Source: a virus (Duplodnaviria > Caudoviricetes). From it: a stretch of DNA of 59,932 nt. The notes beneath the pieces were generated by a model. The model was not told the DNA's origin and ran no database searches. It saw only the letters and a program-made list of their open reading frames with translations. Positions within the stretch are counted from its first letter, which is position 1; each line of letters starts with the position of its first letter. This document shows, in pieces, positions 29,227 to 38,611 of the stretch. Location: positions 1 through 59,932 of IMG/VR virus record IMGVR_UViG_3300047282_000479. The stretch is one strand, 5' to 3'. A program made the position numbers and the translations under genes.

Positions 29227-29944
29227 TATTATCCTCTATAAATTTTTCTTGATAAGCATTTGAAGTTTCTATCCAATATTCATTATATTGATTATGTCTA
29301 TGCCAATCAGCACCTGGACAATAGGCGCCATTTTCTGCTCCGATATTTTGAATTCTAGATACCATAGGAAATGTTTCAGATTTAAGACTTACTATTTTAT
29401 GTAAAACTAGATCCCAACTAATATTAGGATTATTTAATATCGGTATAATATAGTTTCTTACATGCATCCATCTATTTTTCCACGTTGCCCATCCCCAAGG
29501 AGTGAACCAATTTCTAATTTTGACTTTATTAAACTCTGTATTTGCTTCTATATATTGTTCTATTTTATTATTAGAATTAACATAACCAGATACTGAAAAA
29601 ATATTATGGTTATTAACATAGGTTTGATTTGCCCATTCGCAATATCTTAAAAAGTCTTTTGCTGGTATAGTATCATCCTCCAAATGAATATGAAAATTAT
29701 TGATTTGAAAACCATTATCAATGGCTTGAAAAATATTTTTATTACATCCAAACTTATATGGATTAATGGTTATGGTCGTTTGATTTGGTCGAAAACTTTT
29801 AGCTAATTCAATAACTTCTTCCTGTTCGGGTTCACAATAAATAAAAATTTGATATTGATCAATATTAAAGCATTTATTTAAATGATCTAAAAGAATTTTA
29901 GTATATTTAGATCTATTATATAGTGTTATAGAAATTGTTTTCAT
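29219..29944 (-). CDS. GT-A glycosyltransferase
   Basis: LYNR, HLEDD, PWGWATWKNRW, SRIQNIG. Confidence 0.8.
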   Translation of the reverse strand: MKTISITLYNRSKYTKILLDHLNKCFNIDQYQIFIYCEPEQEEVIELAKSFRPNQTTITINPYKFGCNKNIFQAIDNGFQINNFHIHLEDDTIPAKDFLRYCEWANQTYVNNHNIFSVSGYVNSNNKIEQYIEANTEFNKVKIRNWFTPWGWATWKNRWMHVRNYIIPILNNPNISWDLVLHKIVSLKSETFPMVSRIQNIGAENGAYCPGADWHRHNQYNEYWIETSNAYQEKFIEDNNV

Positions 29945-30570
29945 GATTTTCTTATAAATAATCCTGTATAATCAATTTTTTCAAAAACATAAGGACTATT
30001 ACTAAAATAAAGATCTACTGCTTCTTTACATCCGTTCCAGTGTCCATAATCGTCTATAATCAGAGATCCATTATTACTTAGTCTAGGAAATAAAACTTTT
30101 AATTCACACATTGTTGATTCAAACCAGTCAGTATCTAGTCTTAGTAAAGCTATGGATTTTGGAATATTTTCTTCTATCTGTAGCGTATTACAAACATCAC
30201 CAATGATATATTTAGTATTATTATACTGAGATCTTGATAGATTTTTCTTAACATTTTCTAAAGTTTCTAAACATTTTATATTTTCAAATTGATCAATTGC
30301 TTTTATATTATTATGATCTATATCTATATCTTCAGGTTTAGTCATACCGCTAAAGGTATCATAAGCCCATATGGTTTTATTGATATTAAAGAATTGGCAA
30401 TATTCCATCATACCTAGAATATTACCTCCTTTATAAACACCACATTCCACCAAATCTCCATCTATATTGTTTATTCTGATGTACTCTAATTCATCATAAA
30501 GTTTTTGTATTCTTTCTATACTAGTAATAGAAAAAGGAGATACTAATTCAGTAAATATATCTTTATTCAT
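29941..30570 (-). CDS. TylF/MycF-family O-methyltransferase
   Basis: GDLVECGVYKGG, YDTFSGM, LRLDTDWFES, IIDDYGHW.GC. Confidence 0.9.
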   Translation of the reverse strand: MNKDIFTELVSPFSITSIERIQKLYDELEYIRINNIDGDLVECGVYKGGNILGMMEYCQFFNINKTIWAYDTFSGMTKPEDIDIDHNNIKAIDQFENIKCLETLENVKKNLSRSQYNNTKYIIGDVCNTLQIEENIPKSIALLRLDTDWFESTMCELKVLFPRLSNNGSLIIDDYGHWNGCKEAVDLYFSNSPYVFEKIDYTGLFIRKS

Positions 30571-31087
30571 TTTTATTTATTACTTGAATTATGAAAGAAG
30601 GAAAATCATTTTCTTGAGTAATAATGATATCTAAATTATATTTTTTAGTAAAGTCTGTAACAGAGTCAATGACACCTTGAAATATTTCACAATAGTCATG
30701 ACCACATATATAGCCGCCGTTTTGTATGACACGATAAGATTCATTAAGTTCATTCATAGTTTGTTCATAAGAATGAACAGTATCTATATAGATAAAATTT
30801 AAACTATTATTAGGTAATGATTGAAGAAATGTTAAAGAATCTTGTTTAATAATTTCAACGATTGAATATTCTGTAAATTTATTTTTTACATATTGCTCTA
30901 GAACACTAGCATCGGTATATGTTTTACCAAAATTACTAGCGATACCAGAAAAAATATCGACCAGATAAAGTTTTTTAAATTTCTTTGAAGCTGTTAGAAT
31001 TTCTGAGAAATTACCTTCAAAGACACCCAGTTCACAACCAATACTGTCTATTGGTAATAGATCAACAATTTGATTTCTGGTATTCAT
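30563..31087 (-). CDS. Class I SAM methyltransferase (Methyltransf_24-like)
   Basis: ELGVFEG, FIYIDTVHSYE, GGYICGHDY. Confidence 0.85.
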   Translation of the reverse strand: MNTRNQIVDLLPIDSIGCELGVFEGNFSEILTASKKFKKLYLVDIFSGIASNFGKTYTDASVLEQYVKNKFTEYSIVEIIKQDSLTFLQSLPNNSLNFIYIDTVHSYEQTMNELNESYRVIQNGGYICGHDYCEIFQGVIDSVTDFTKKYNLDIIITQENDFPSFIIQVINKNE

Positions 31088-31793
31088 TATAAAAATTTTT
31101 CATCCGTTGGTACTTAGACATCATTTCATTAGTATATCCACAAAAATGATAAAGTTTTTTGTCTATACTGGGCTGAGACTCTGAGGCAAATAATTGAACG
31201 AGACGAGTTATATCATAGCACCCGTCGATAGAAAAGTCAAATGCTTTGTGAATATGAAAGTTGAAGATACTTTGTTCTAATTTTGCTTGTTCTATAGTAG
31301 AATGACATTTGTTAGAATATTTGCAGTATGTTGTATAAATATCATATATAATGTGAAATTGATCTTTTCTAAAAGCAAACGATCCAGCATTAAGAGCATT
31401 CGATTGAGATATTAATAATTTATCATTTAGATTTTCTATATATTGAAAATAAAACCACTCATGATTTTTAATCATATATGGTTCTTTAACTAAAGACACA
31501 GGCTTATCTATGGATACCAAAGTATCTAAACTATCAAAAAACAAAATATCAGAATCTAAATAAATATAATAATCATAGTTTTGTGGAATAACATTTGAAT
31601 ACTTTAAATATCCTACATAATTAGTAATATTTTTATTATCATATAATATATTATATTGATTAGAATTGATATTAGTATTAGTAATGATATAGAAATCATA
31701 AGGATATTTTTTATTAATACTTTGCAGTAATAAATCAATACAGTTTATTGCATTATGAACAAAATTAGTAATCGTATACAAACAAATTTTCAT
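31062..31793 (-). CDS. Glycosyltransferase (GT8-like)
   Basis: YLDSDIL, LNAGSF, EQSIFN, YHFCG. Confidence 0.7.
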   Translation of the reverse strand: MKICLYTITNFVHNAINCIDLLLQSINKKYPYDFYIITNTNINSNQYNILYDNKNITNYVGYLKYSNVIPQNYDYYIYLDSDILFFDSLDTLVSIDKPVSLVKEPYMIKNHEWFYFQYIENLNDKLLISQSNALNAGSFAFRKDQFHIIYDIYTTYCKYSNKCHSTIEQAKLEQSIFNFHIHKAFDFSIDGCYDITRLVQLFASESQPSIDKKLYHFCGYTNEMMSKYQRMKNFYNEYQKSNC

Positions 31794-32410
31794 CGTAATA
31801 AAGATTTAATTTTATTTTTTTCTGTTCGTTGATATATATGAGGATAAGACCAGCAACTATTTAATCGCAAATCATTAATAGCATAATTTAATTGCCAATC
31901 AAAAGGAGCTTTAATATTCCGTAAATATGGATATAATTTTTGTGCTGTTTTTTTAGTTATCATATAAGCATGAGCACATCTGCTTTGATTAGTATATTGA
32001 TTACAAATGATGGTTGGTATTTTTATATTTGATAAATCATATATACTAAAAGATCCAATAAATAAAATATCTGTATTATGCTTAATCATTAAGTCGGCAA
32101 ATAATAAAGACATATCATATAAATTAAAGTTTGGTTTTTCTATATCGTCTTCAAGTATTAAACCATAATCATTATTTAAATTCTCAATAGCATAAAGATG
32201 TTTATAGTAACATGATAATTCTTGATTATTTAAATATTGTTTATTTGCAGAATGTTCTGAGTATATTCTTTGATGATTATTAATAAAATCACAATCTGGA
32301 AGATAGTTTTCAATCCATTCAAGTATTAATTTATCATGCACAATATTATCGATAATATATTGTTTTCTATCTTTAGCTAAAATATGATGAATACAATAAT
32401 ATGAGATCAT
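31790..32410 (-). CDS. Glycosyltransferase (GT25-like)
   Basis: ELSCYYKH, LILEDD, AHAYMI, PFDW. Confidence 0.8.
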   Translation of the reverse strand: MISYYCIHHILAKDRKQYIIDNIVHDKLILEWIENYLPDCDFINNHQRIYSEHSANKQYLNNQELSCYYKHLYAIENLNNDYGLILEDDIEKPNFNLYDMSLLFADLMIKHNTDILFIGSFSIYDLSNIKIPTIICNQYTNQSRCAHAYMITKKTAQKLYPYLRNIKAPFDWQLNYAINDLRLNSCWSYPHIYQRTEKNKIKSLLR

Positions 32411-32967
32411 TTATTATAAATAAAAACAGCAATATTATTCCAGATATCTTCTATTAAATATTCAATAAAACTCCAATTACCACCAGCTAATCCACTACCA
32501 AATTTAGGTGCATGAATTTCGATATTAGTATATGTATCATCATTTTTTTGTAAAGAATGAATATAGGATTTAATTTGTGACATACAAGCAACTAAAGACA
32601 CATAGTTTAATGGTCTGGGATTTTTGAAATTTTTCAAACCATTTTGAGCTATCATATTAGCAATAATAACTTTATGTTTATATTGTTTATTTTCTTGAGC
32701 AATAACAAATTGTGTATGTCCTAATTTTGCTTGATTTCCTAATAGATGAAAATTAGCCTTAGCATTAGGATATTTATTCGCAACATCAAGAGCAAACCCA
32801 GCACCATAAGCATTAACATTATTACAAACGTGCGGTATAATTACTGTACCACCTATATTTGCTGCATTAATTCTTTGTTCAGCAATATCGAAAATATTAT
32901 CTGTTAAATATATAATATTATTGCTTTTATTATGTTTGTTTATAGTTCTGTTTTGAGTAGTTTTCAT
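32407..32967 (-). CDS. Macro domain (Poa1p-like ADP-ribose processing) protein
   Basis: PHVCNNVNAYGAGFA, ANMIAQ, HAPKFGSGLAGGNW. Confidence 0.85.
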   Translation of the reverse strand: MKTTQNRTINKHNKSNNIIYLTDNIFDIAEQRINAANIGGTVIIPHVCNNVNAYGAGFALDVANKYPNAKANFHLLGNQAKLGHTQFVIAQENKQYKHKVIIANMIAQNGLKNFKNPRPLNYVSLVACMSQIKSYIHSLQKNDDTYTNIEIHAPKFGSGLAGGNWSFIEYLIEDIWNNIAVFIYNK

Positions 32968-33215
32968 TGTTGATTCCTATTAATAGCTGACCATTTCTGG
33001 AGTGGACATTCTTGATCTGACCAAGCTAACTTATTCAAGAAAATCTTTTTGTTATTTATATTACATCCACACTCTAGGCATTGATTATTTTCAAATCTAT
33101 CACAAGACAGACAGATATTATATCTATCGTTAATTTCGTTTTGTGTAGATTTTGGTAGTCCTCTTAAGATATGAAAAGATAGAGACTTAATAAATTGTTT
33201 AATTCGCCAAATCAT
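32964..33215 (-). CDS. Cys-rich small protein
   Basis: RYNICLSC...CLECGC...K...CPLQKW. Confidence 0.65.
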   Translation of the reverse strand: MIWRIKQFIKSLSFHILRGLPKSTQNEINDRYNICLSCDRFENNQCLECGCNINNKKIFLNKLAWSDQECPLQKWSAINRNQQ

Positions 33216-33438
33216 TTGTTTTTAGAGTGGGCCTAACAGCAATAACATTATTATCTTTATCTAAGATATATAAGGGTTCTACACTTGCTATAGTAGTACC
33301 TTCCATCCACTTTGGCGAACCATCAACCAGATTGTAACACAGTCTCTGTCCGTTTTTTTTAAAATCTGATGTTACAAAATAATAAACATTATTATTAACA
33401 AAGCACTCACCATTATTGAGTTCTTCAATATACTTCAT
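33199..33438 (-). CDS. Hypothetical protein
   Basis: Probable start MKYIEEL. Confidence 0.6.
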   Translation of the reverse strand: MKYIEELNNGECFVNNNVYYFVTSDFKKNGQRLCYNLVDGSPKWMEGTTIASVEPLYILDKDNNVIAVRPTLKTNDLAN

Positions 33439-33613
33439 TATCTTCCCAATCTTCCCATAATTCATCAGCCTTGATTTTATTCTTTTTGTTTTTGAAACCC
33501 TTTTTTATCTTATTCTGATCGTGGGTTTCTTCGCTGATAAATTTTTTATGCTTTTTCTTCTGCTGGAAATGATTATTTCTTTTATCGTTTGAGAAGTCAA
33601 AATCTTTGTTCAT
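33425..33613 (-). CDS. Small basic protein
   Basis: 62 aa, first gene after a promoter. Confidence 0.55.
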   Translation of the reverse strand: MNKDFDFSNDKRNNHFQQKKKHKKFISEETHDQNKIKKGFKNKKNKIKADELWEDWEDNEVY

Positions 33614-33641
33614 TGTTTATCTATTGTCCTGATTCATAAAT

Positions 33642-33669
33642 ATTGTATTTGTGATTTTTCAAAAGTCAA
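33642..33669 (-). promoter_or_regulatory. sigma70-like promoter
   Basis: TTGACT-N16-TACAAT. Confidence 0.6.
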
Positions 33670-33770
33670 GTGGCCCCAATATCGCTGGACTACTCTAAAT
33701 AAGAAAAAATATGCTTGACGAACCATTGGATTAATCTTATATATTAAGCAGGCGGTGGGTTAATAATACT

Positions 33771-34682
33771 TTATACTGGGTATAATATACCATATCCTTG
33801 ATACTTCTTACTTCTGTACTTAGGTTCATCTATATCCTTGGCTGACTGCTTGAATACATTTATTATATCATCTAAAGATGCTGTTATATGTCTTTTCTTT
33901 AACTTACTAATATACAAAGCAGCACAACCAACAGCAAAAGGATTAGCCATACTGGTTCCACTCATAATAGCATAGTTATTATTTGGTACACAACCAAGAA
34001 TATCTTGACCAGGACATAAGAAATCTAGTTCTTCTCCTGCGCAAGTAAAAACAGTTCTTTTAAGATCACTATCAATGGCACCTATAGCAATAGTATTTTT
34101 ACATGCTGCTGGATATAAAATATCTTGATTTTCACCACTATTTCCTGCTGCACAAAAAAATATCTTGCCATTATTATGGCCATAATTAATTGCGTCTTGT
34201 ATCTCTTTACTAAAACTACTTGACCCAAGACTCATGGTAACTATGTCTGCTATGCTATTAGAAGCCCACAGTATCGCTTCTACGAGCGATTTTAAATTAC
34301 CTTGACCCTTGGCGTCCAGTGCTTTAACTGGAATGATTTTGGCTCTTGGAGCAACTCCAACCATTCCTATGGCATTATCTGTAGCGGCTATTGTACTACA
34401 AACATGAGTTCCATGACCATTATCATCCATACAGTCTTTTTTGTCAACAAAACTAATGCCGCTTAAAATATTATCTTTAATATCTAGATGATTATAATCA
34501 CAACCTGTATCAATAACGGCCACTACAACATCTTCGCCTTTTGATTCTTTCCATTTTTCTTGTATATGAAACTTATTAATTTCCCAACCAGAAAATTGAT
34601 TATCATATGGAGATAATCCGTATAGATCACTACGCTCAAAAGGTAATAATGATACGTCTAGTTTTTTTCTTTTACGGCTCAT
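33771..34682 (-). CDS. Subtilisin-like S8 serine protease
   Basis: VAVIDTG, GHGTHV, AAGN, SGTSMANP; no signal peptide. Confidence 0.92.
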   Translation of the reverse strand: MSRKRKKLDVSLLPFERSDLYGLSPYDNQFSGWEINKFHIQEKWKESKGEDVVVAVIDTGCDYNHLDIKDNILSGISFVDKKDCMDDNGHGTHVCSTIAATDNAIGMVGVAPRAKIIPVKALDAKGQGNLKSLVEAILWASNSIADIVTMSLGSSSFSKEIQDAINYGHNNGKIFFCAAGNSGENQDILYPAACKNTIAIGAIDSDLKRTVFTCAGEELDFLCPGQDILGCVPNNNYAIMSGTSMANPFAVGCAALYISKLKKRHITASLDDIINVFKQSAKDIDEPKYRSKKYQGYGILYPV

Positions 34683-35677
34683 AAAACTTTAGCAGCAATT
34701 AAACACCCTTTACTAACAGCGTGTAAAGGATCAGCAGCGTGTCTTATTTCTTTAATCTTTAAAGGAAAATTATTTTCTTCTAACTTTCTTGTAAAAGTTT
34801 CAACATATCCTTTGGCTAGAGAAGTACCTCCAGCGATAACAATAGTTAGTGGTTCTTTAAACTTTGGTAAAGATGGGTGATTAGTTAGTGCTGCGCTTAT
34901 TTGTTTTGTAGTATAATCTATTAATCTTTCATAATAAGAAGATACAGCACTTAATATTTGATTTTCATTGGGTTGACCAATAACAAAATCACCATGCTCT
35001 TTTTCTGCTTGTACAACACTATCTGGTTCACCAGTAGCAACTGCTGACATTCTATCAATCCAGTCACCAGATTTAGTTGTTGATAGTAATACTGTTGGTT
35101 CACCATTTAACATAACGCATATATTGTGCATACCACTTCCAGCACTAATACTCAAGCCAGTATAATCTTCATTTTCTAACTCAGCATAACATAACGCTTC
35201 TGCTTCGTTAATAGCCTTAGCGTCGTAGCCACATTCTTTAAGAATACTCTTTACAACATCCTCATGATAACCAACATCAAAATCTTCATCTTCTTGATCT
35301 ACTGGTTGTGCAGGAACACAGAAAACTAATTTTTCATTTGGTTCTGATGCTGTTCCAGCAACTTCTTTGAGAATAAAAGCAAGTATTCTTTTACTTTCTT
35401 TTTCTTTAACAGACACAACACCTTTGTGCATTGGCCGTCTTGCTGTATCATTTCTCTCTACAGCTTTTTCTATAGCATCTTTACCTAAGATAATAAATGA
35501 ACCATCATTATCTTTAATAAAAACCTTACCATTCAATCCCTTTTCTATCATTTTTGATGCTACTGGAGTATTTGGTTTAATTACATAAAAAGCATCTCTA
35601 AATTCTTTATATTCTATGTTTGAATTATTATCTTGTGATAAAACAATAAAACTTGTTCCTACGTCAAGACCCTTCAT
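34679..35677 (-). CDS. Actin-like ATPase (resembles haloarchaeal volactin)
   Basis: Phosphate-1 GLDVGT, RRPM..G, INEAEA, phosphate-2 SAGSGMHN, GDWID, adenosine motif IAGGTS, C-terminal P.HAVSKG. Confidence 0.85.
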   Translation of the reverse strand: MKGLDVGTSFIVLSQDNNSNIEYKEFRDAFYVIKPNTPVASKMIEKGLNGKVFIKDNDGSFIILGKDAIEKAVERNDTARRPMHKGVVSVKEKESKRILAFILKEVAGTASEPNEKLVFCVPAQPVDQEDEDFDVGYHEDVVKSILKECGYDAKAINEAEALCYAELENEDYTGLSISAGSGMHNICVMLNGEPTVLLSTTKSGDWIDRMSAVATGEPDSVVQAEKEHGDFVIGQPNENQILSAVSSYYERLIDYTTKQISAALTNHPSLPKFKEPLTIVIAGGTSLAKGYVETFTRKLEENNFPLKIKEIRHAADPLHAVSKGCLIAAKVL

Positions 35678-35678
35678 A

Positions 35679-35996
35679 TTATTGTCCTTTCATGCTTTTT
35701 AATTTAGATATTGATGATGAAATATTTTCGTTACTAATTTTGGTATCGCCTAAACTTGAATATTTCTTTTCTAGATTATCGGTTTTAATATCGGTTACTA
35801 CTGTTGTACTATCAATTGAAATAGTCGATTTTTTGGTTGATTTATTTTGTTCAAAAAAACTAGTTGGTTTAATATTACTAGTATTATATACACCTGATGT
35901 GTTTGTAATCTTACCTAAAATATAACCAATAATTACACTAAAAATATTACAAATAATTAGTATGTATATTATAATATGATTATTTTCTGGAGTCAT
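35679..35996 (-). CDS. Single-pass membrane protein with basic amphipathic C-terminus
   Basis: N-terminal TM; ends ISSSISKLKSMKGQ; 1 nt from actin-like gene. Confidence 0.7.
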   Translation of the reverse strand: MTPENNHIIIYILIICNIFSVIIGYILGKITNTSGVYNTSNIKPTSFFEQNKSTKKSTISIDSTTVVTDIKTDNLEKKYSSLGDTKISNENISSSISKLKSMKGQ

Positions 35997-36750
35997 CTTT
36001 AATATTATCTATAATCCACTGATGAAACACACTAATTCTAGTATGACCAGACTCATCACCATAACCAGAGTCCGGTTTTTCGTCTTCTGTTAATACACAA
36101 GAATTCACTCCAGCTAACTTATTATCAATAAAAAGACCTCCACCGCTATCTCCAGAACATATTAAAAATTCTAAATGAGTTTTATCTTTTTTAGATAGTT
36201 TACATATTAATAGATTATCATAAACATCTTCGATAATATTAGTACCGCCTCTTTTCTCTTTATCAAATTTATATTCCTTAATCCTATCTGCTATACGAGC
36301 AGTAAATCCATAACCAACAATTGATACCTCTTTATGTATCTCATCGTCTGTATTATACAGTTCGGGGTAGGATTCCATCTCTATTTTGGTTTTGCTTCTG
36401 CCCAAAGCAATATCTGCCGCACCAAATTTTTTATTGTAAAAATCTTCATGAATTATAATCTTATCTAAGTCTATAGTTGTTTTATTATTAACAACAATTC
36501 TAGAACTTTGATGATTATTAACCACATGAGCGGCTGTAATAATCCAATTAGGACTTATAACTACTGCTGAACCTAAACTTAGTGATGTTTTATCTTCATT
36601 TTTAGGTTTAGTAATAACCTCTATACCAACAACACTAGGGAATTTTGAACCGTGTTCTATATATTTTTTATCTGGTACTGAAGAATCAGTAGTTCCTGCT
36701 TGTATGGGAAAAGTTAATAGAAAACAGGCCACTAATAATAGAAATTTCAT
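35980..36750 (-). CDS. Secreted trypsin-like S1 serine protease
   Basis: Signal peptide; ITAAH, DIAL, GDSGG. Confidence 0.9.
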   Translation of the reverse strand: MKFLLLVACFLLTFPIQAGTTDSSVPDKKYIEHGSKFPSVVGIEVITKPKNEDKTSLSLGSAVVISPNWIITAAHVVNNHQSSRIVVNNKTTIDLDKIIIHEDFYNKKFGAADIALGRSKTKIEMESYPELYNTDDEIHKEVSIVGYGFTARIADRIKEYKFDKEKRGGTNIIEDVYDNLLICKLSKKDKTHLEFLICSGDSGGGLFIDNKLAGVNSCVLTEDEKPDSGYGDESGHTRISVFHQWIIDNIKDDSRK

Positions 36751-36810
36751 ATTGGCCTCCAGAATTAGTGTATTTTAATACCTAAATTAAATACACCATA
36801 TAATATATAA

Positions 36811-37704
36811 TTAGGCCGGTTCTTTACCCATCATTCTTCCTTTTGTGGTTCTTACTACATAGCCACTCCTCATAAGAAAAGGCTCTATACTGTTTTCTAT
36901 TGTTTCAATAGCGATACCTGTTAAAGAAGATATGCTTTTCAGTCCAATAGCATTACCTTTATTCTTTCTTAGAACATCAAGATATAATCTGTCGTATGTG
37001 TCTAGCCCATTACCATCAATACCCTGCATATCAAAAATTTCATCAACGGTATATTTCTGATCGTTAGTCAATACAAAATTTCTATACCATTGAAGTCTTG
37101 AATTTAAAATACGCGGAGTTCCTTTACTCCTTTTTGCTATGCTATTTAGATCACTAGGCTCAATCATTAGTCCAAGTTTTTTTGCGTTTAACTCCGCTAG
37201 TTTGGCTAACTCATCGACTGTATAGAACGTCAAATGCTCTTTAATACAAAATCTATCATAAAGAGGTTGACTTAAACTACCTCCACTAGTAGTTGCACCA
37301 ACAATAGTAAACATTGGTAAATCAATACTTTCTACTTTATTCTCTACGCTAATATTAAGAATAAAATCTTCCATTACTGGATACAGAAATTCTTCAACTA
37401 CTTTTGGTAGTCTATGGATTTCATCAATAAACAGAATAGACCTTGGAGCAATACCCATTATGTAAGGCAGGATATTCTTTATGTTCCTAATATTGGCCGC
37501 GTTTGTTGTGTATAGATTGACATTCATTTCAGATGCCAATGCTGTCGCCATAGTGGTTTTACCAAGGCCAGGAGGCCCGTCAATTAAAACATGAGGTAGC
37601 ACCCCATTGGTTTTATTACAAGCCTCTACGCAAATACTGAGCCTTTTGATAACATCAGACTGACCAACAATACTGTCAAAATTTGAAGGACGAACAATAT
37701 TCAT
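36811..37704 (-). CDS. ruvB: Holliday junction branch migration ATPase RuvB
   Basis: RP..F..IVGQ, GPPGLGKTT, FIDEIHRL, GATT..G.LSQPLYDRF, GTPRI, IEPFL...RT.KGR. Confidence 0.93.
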   Translation of the reverse strand: MNIVRPSNFDSIVGQSDVIKRLSICVEACNKTNGVLPHVLIDGPPGLGKTTMATALASEMNVNLYTTNAANIRNIKNILPYIMGIAPRSILFIDEIHRLPKVVEEFLYPVMEDFILNISVENKVESIDLPMFTIVGATTSGGSLSQPLYDRFCIKEHLTFYTVDELAKLAELNAKKLGLMIEPSDLNSIAKRSKGTPRILNSRLQWYRNFVLTNDQKYTVDEIFDMQGIDGNGLDTYDRLYLDVLRKNKGNAIGLKSISSLTGIAIETIENSIEPFLMRSGYVVRTTKGRMMGKEPA

Positions 37705-37706
37705 TT

Positions 37707-38222
37707 TTAACCCTTTATAGATGCCAATAAGTTATTTACAAATGTTTTATACTCATTTACAGGATGAGTCTTATAGAAATCTTTTACCAATTCTGATGCG
37801 TCTTTTTTATTATATCCAAATGTATACAGTAAATTAATACAAGATGACAATAACTCCTGTGGAATGTCTTTAATTTCTAATGATTGAGTTTCTGCTACTA
37901 TTTTAGTTTCTTCTGTTATTTTAACAGGAGGTTGTTCTGTTTTAGCGGGAGTCTCATTAGATTCTTGAATAGTATGATCTGACACAACTATTGTATCTTT
38001 AGTGTCAGAGATAATCTCTTTTTTCTTTTTCTTTTTATACTTGATCTTAATACTATCAATAGTCTTTATCTTAATCTTTTTATTACAATCACAAACTATA
38101 AAAAAATTTTTCGTGGTTGTTTCGTTATATGTTAACCAATGAAACTGACCACAAGAACATAAGTATTTAAAATGTATGTCATATTCAATCGGTTTCTGGT
38201 TTTTCGTTTGTTGAATTTTCAT
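37707..38222 (-). CDS. Zn-ribbon protein with C-terminal RuvA domain III-like helix bundle
   Basis: N-terminal CSCG..H...CDC; C-terminal SCINLLYTFGYNKKDASELVK...FVNNLLASI; adjacent to ruvB. Confidence 0.55.
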   Translation of the reverse strand: MKIQQTKNQKPIEYDIHFKYLCSCGQFHWLTYNETTTKNFFIVCDCNKKIKIKTIDSIKIKYKKKKKKEIISDTKDTIVVSDHTIQESNETPAKTEQPPVKITEETKIVAETQSLEIKDIPQELLSSCINLLYTFGYNKKDASELVKDFYKTHPVNEYKTFVNNLLASIKG

Positions 38223-38604
38223 TTTTTACCCAAAATATAAAATCATTAGATTCGCTATCGTATCCAGATTCTACTAATCCTTTTTGAACCAATTGGTTTA
38301 ACACATTACTAACTAATCTTGCATTTAAATCTTCTACTATTTTTGAGAATAAATTTGTACTTAATACATATCTGATTTTTTTATTCTTTTTATTTTTCTG
38401 TTTCTTTACATTTTGTTTTACTATTACCAAAGACTCTTCCAAAGACAAAACCTTATTTAAATCTTCTTCGTCAGACTCTTTGACATAATCTATTATATCG
38501 TCTATTTGATCCTCATTTTCCCATTGACCAAAATTATTGTAAACAATGATTCTGGCTTTATCTGTGAATTCTTCTAGATTTTTAATAACAAACCATTCAT
38601 TCAT
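38185..38604 (-). CDS. Hypothetical protein (paralog of 54047-54439)
   Basis: Shared pattern ending L..LVQKGLVESGYD...FIFW. Confidence 0.7.
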   Translation of the reverse strand: MNEWFVIKNLEEFTDKARIIVYNNFGQWENEDQIDDIIDYVKESDEEDLNKVLSLEESLVIVKQNVKKQKNKKNKKIRYVLSTNLFSKIVEDLNARLVSNVLNQLVQKGLVESGYDSESNDFIFWVKNENSTNEKPETD

Positions 38605-38611
38605 AATTCAC

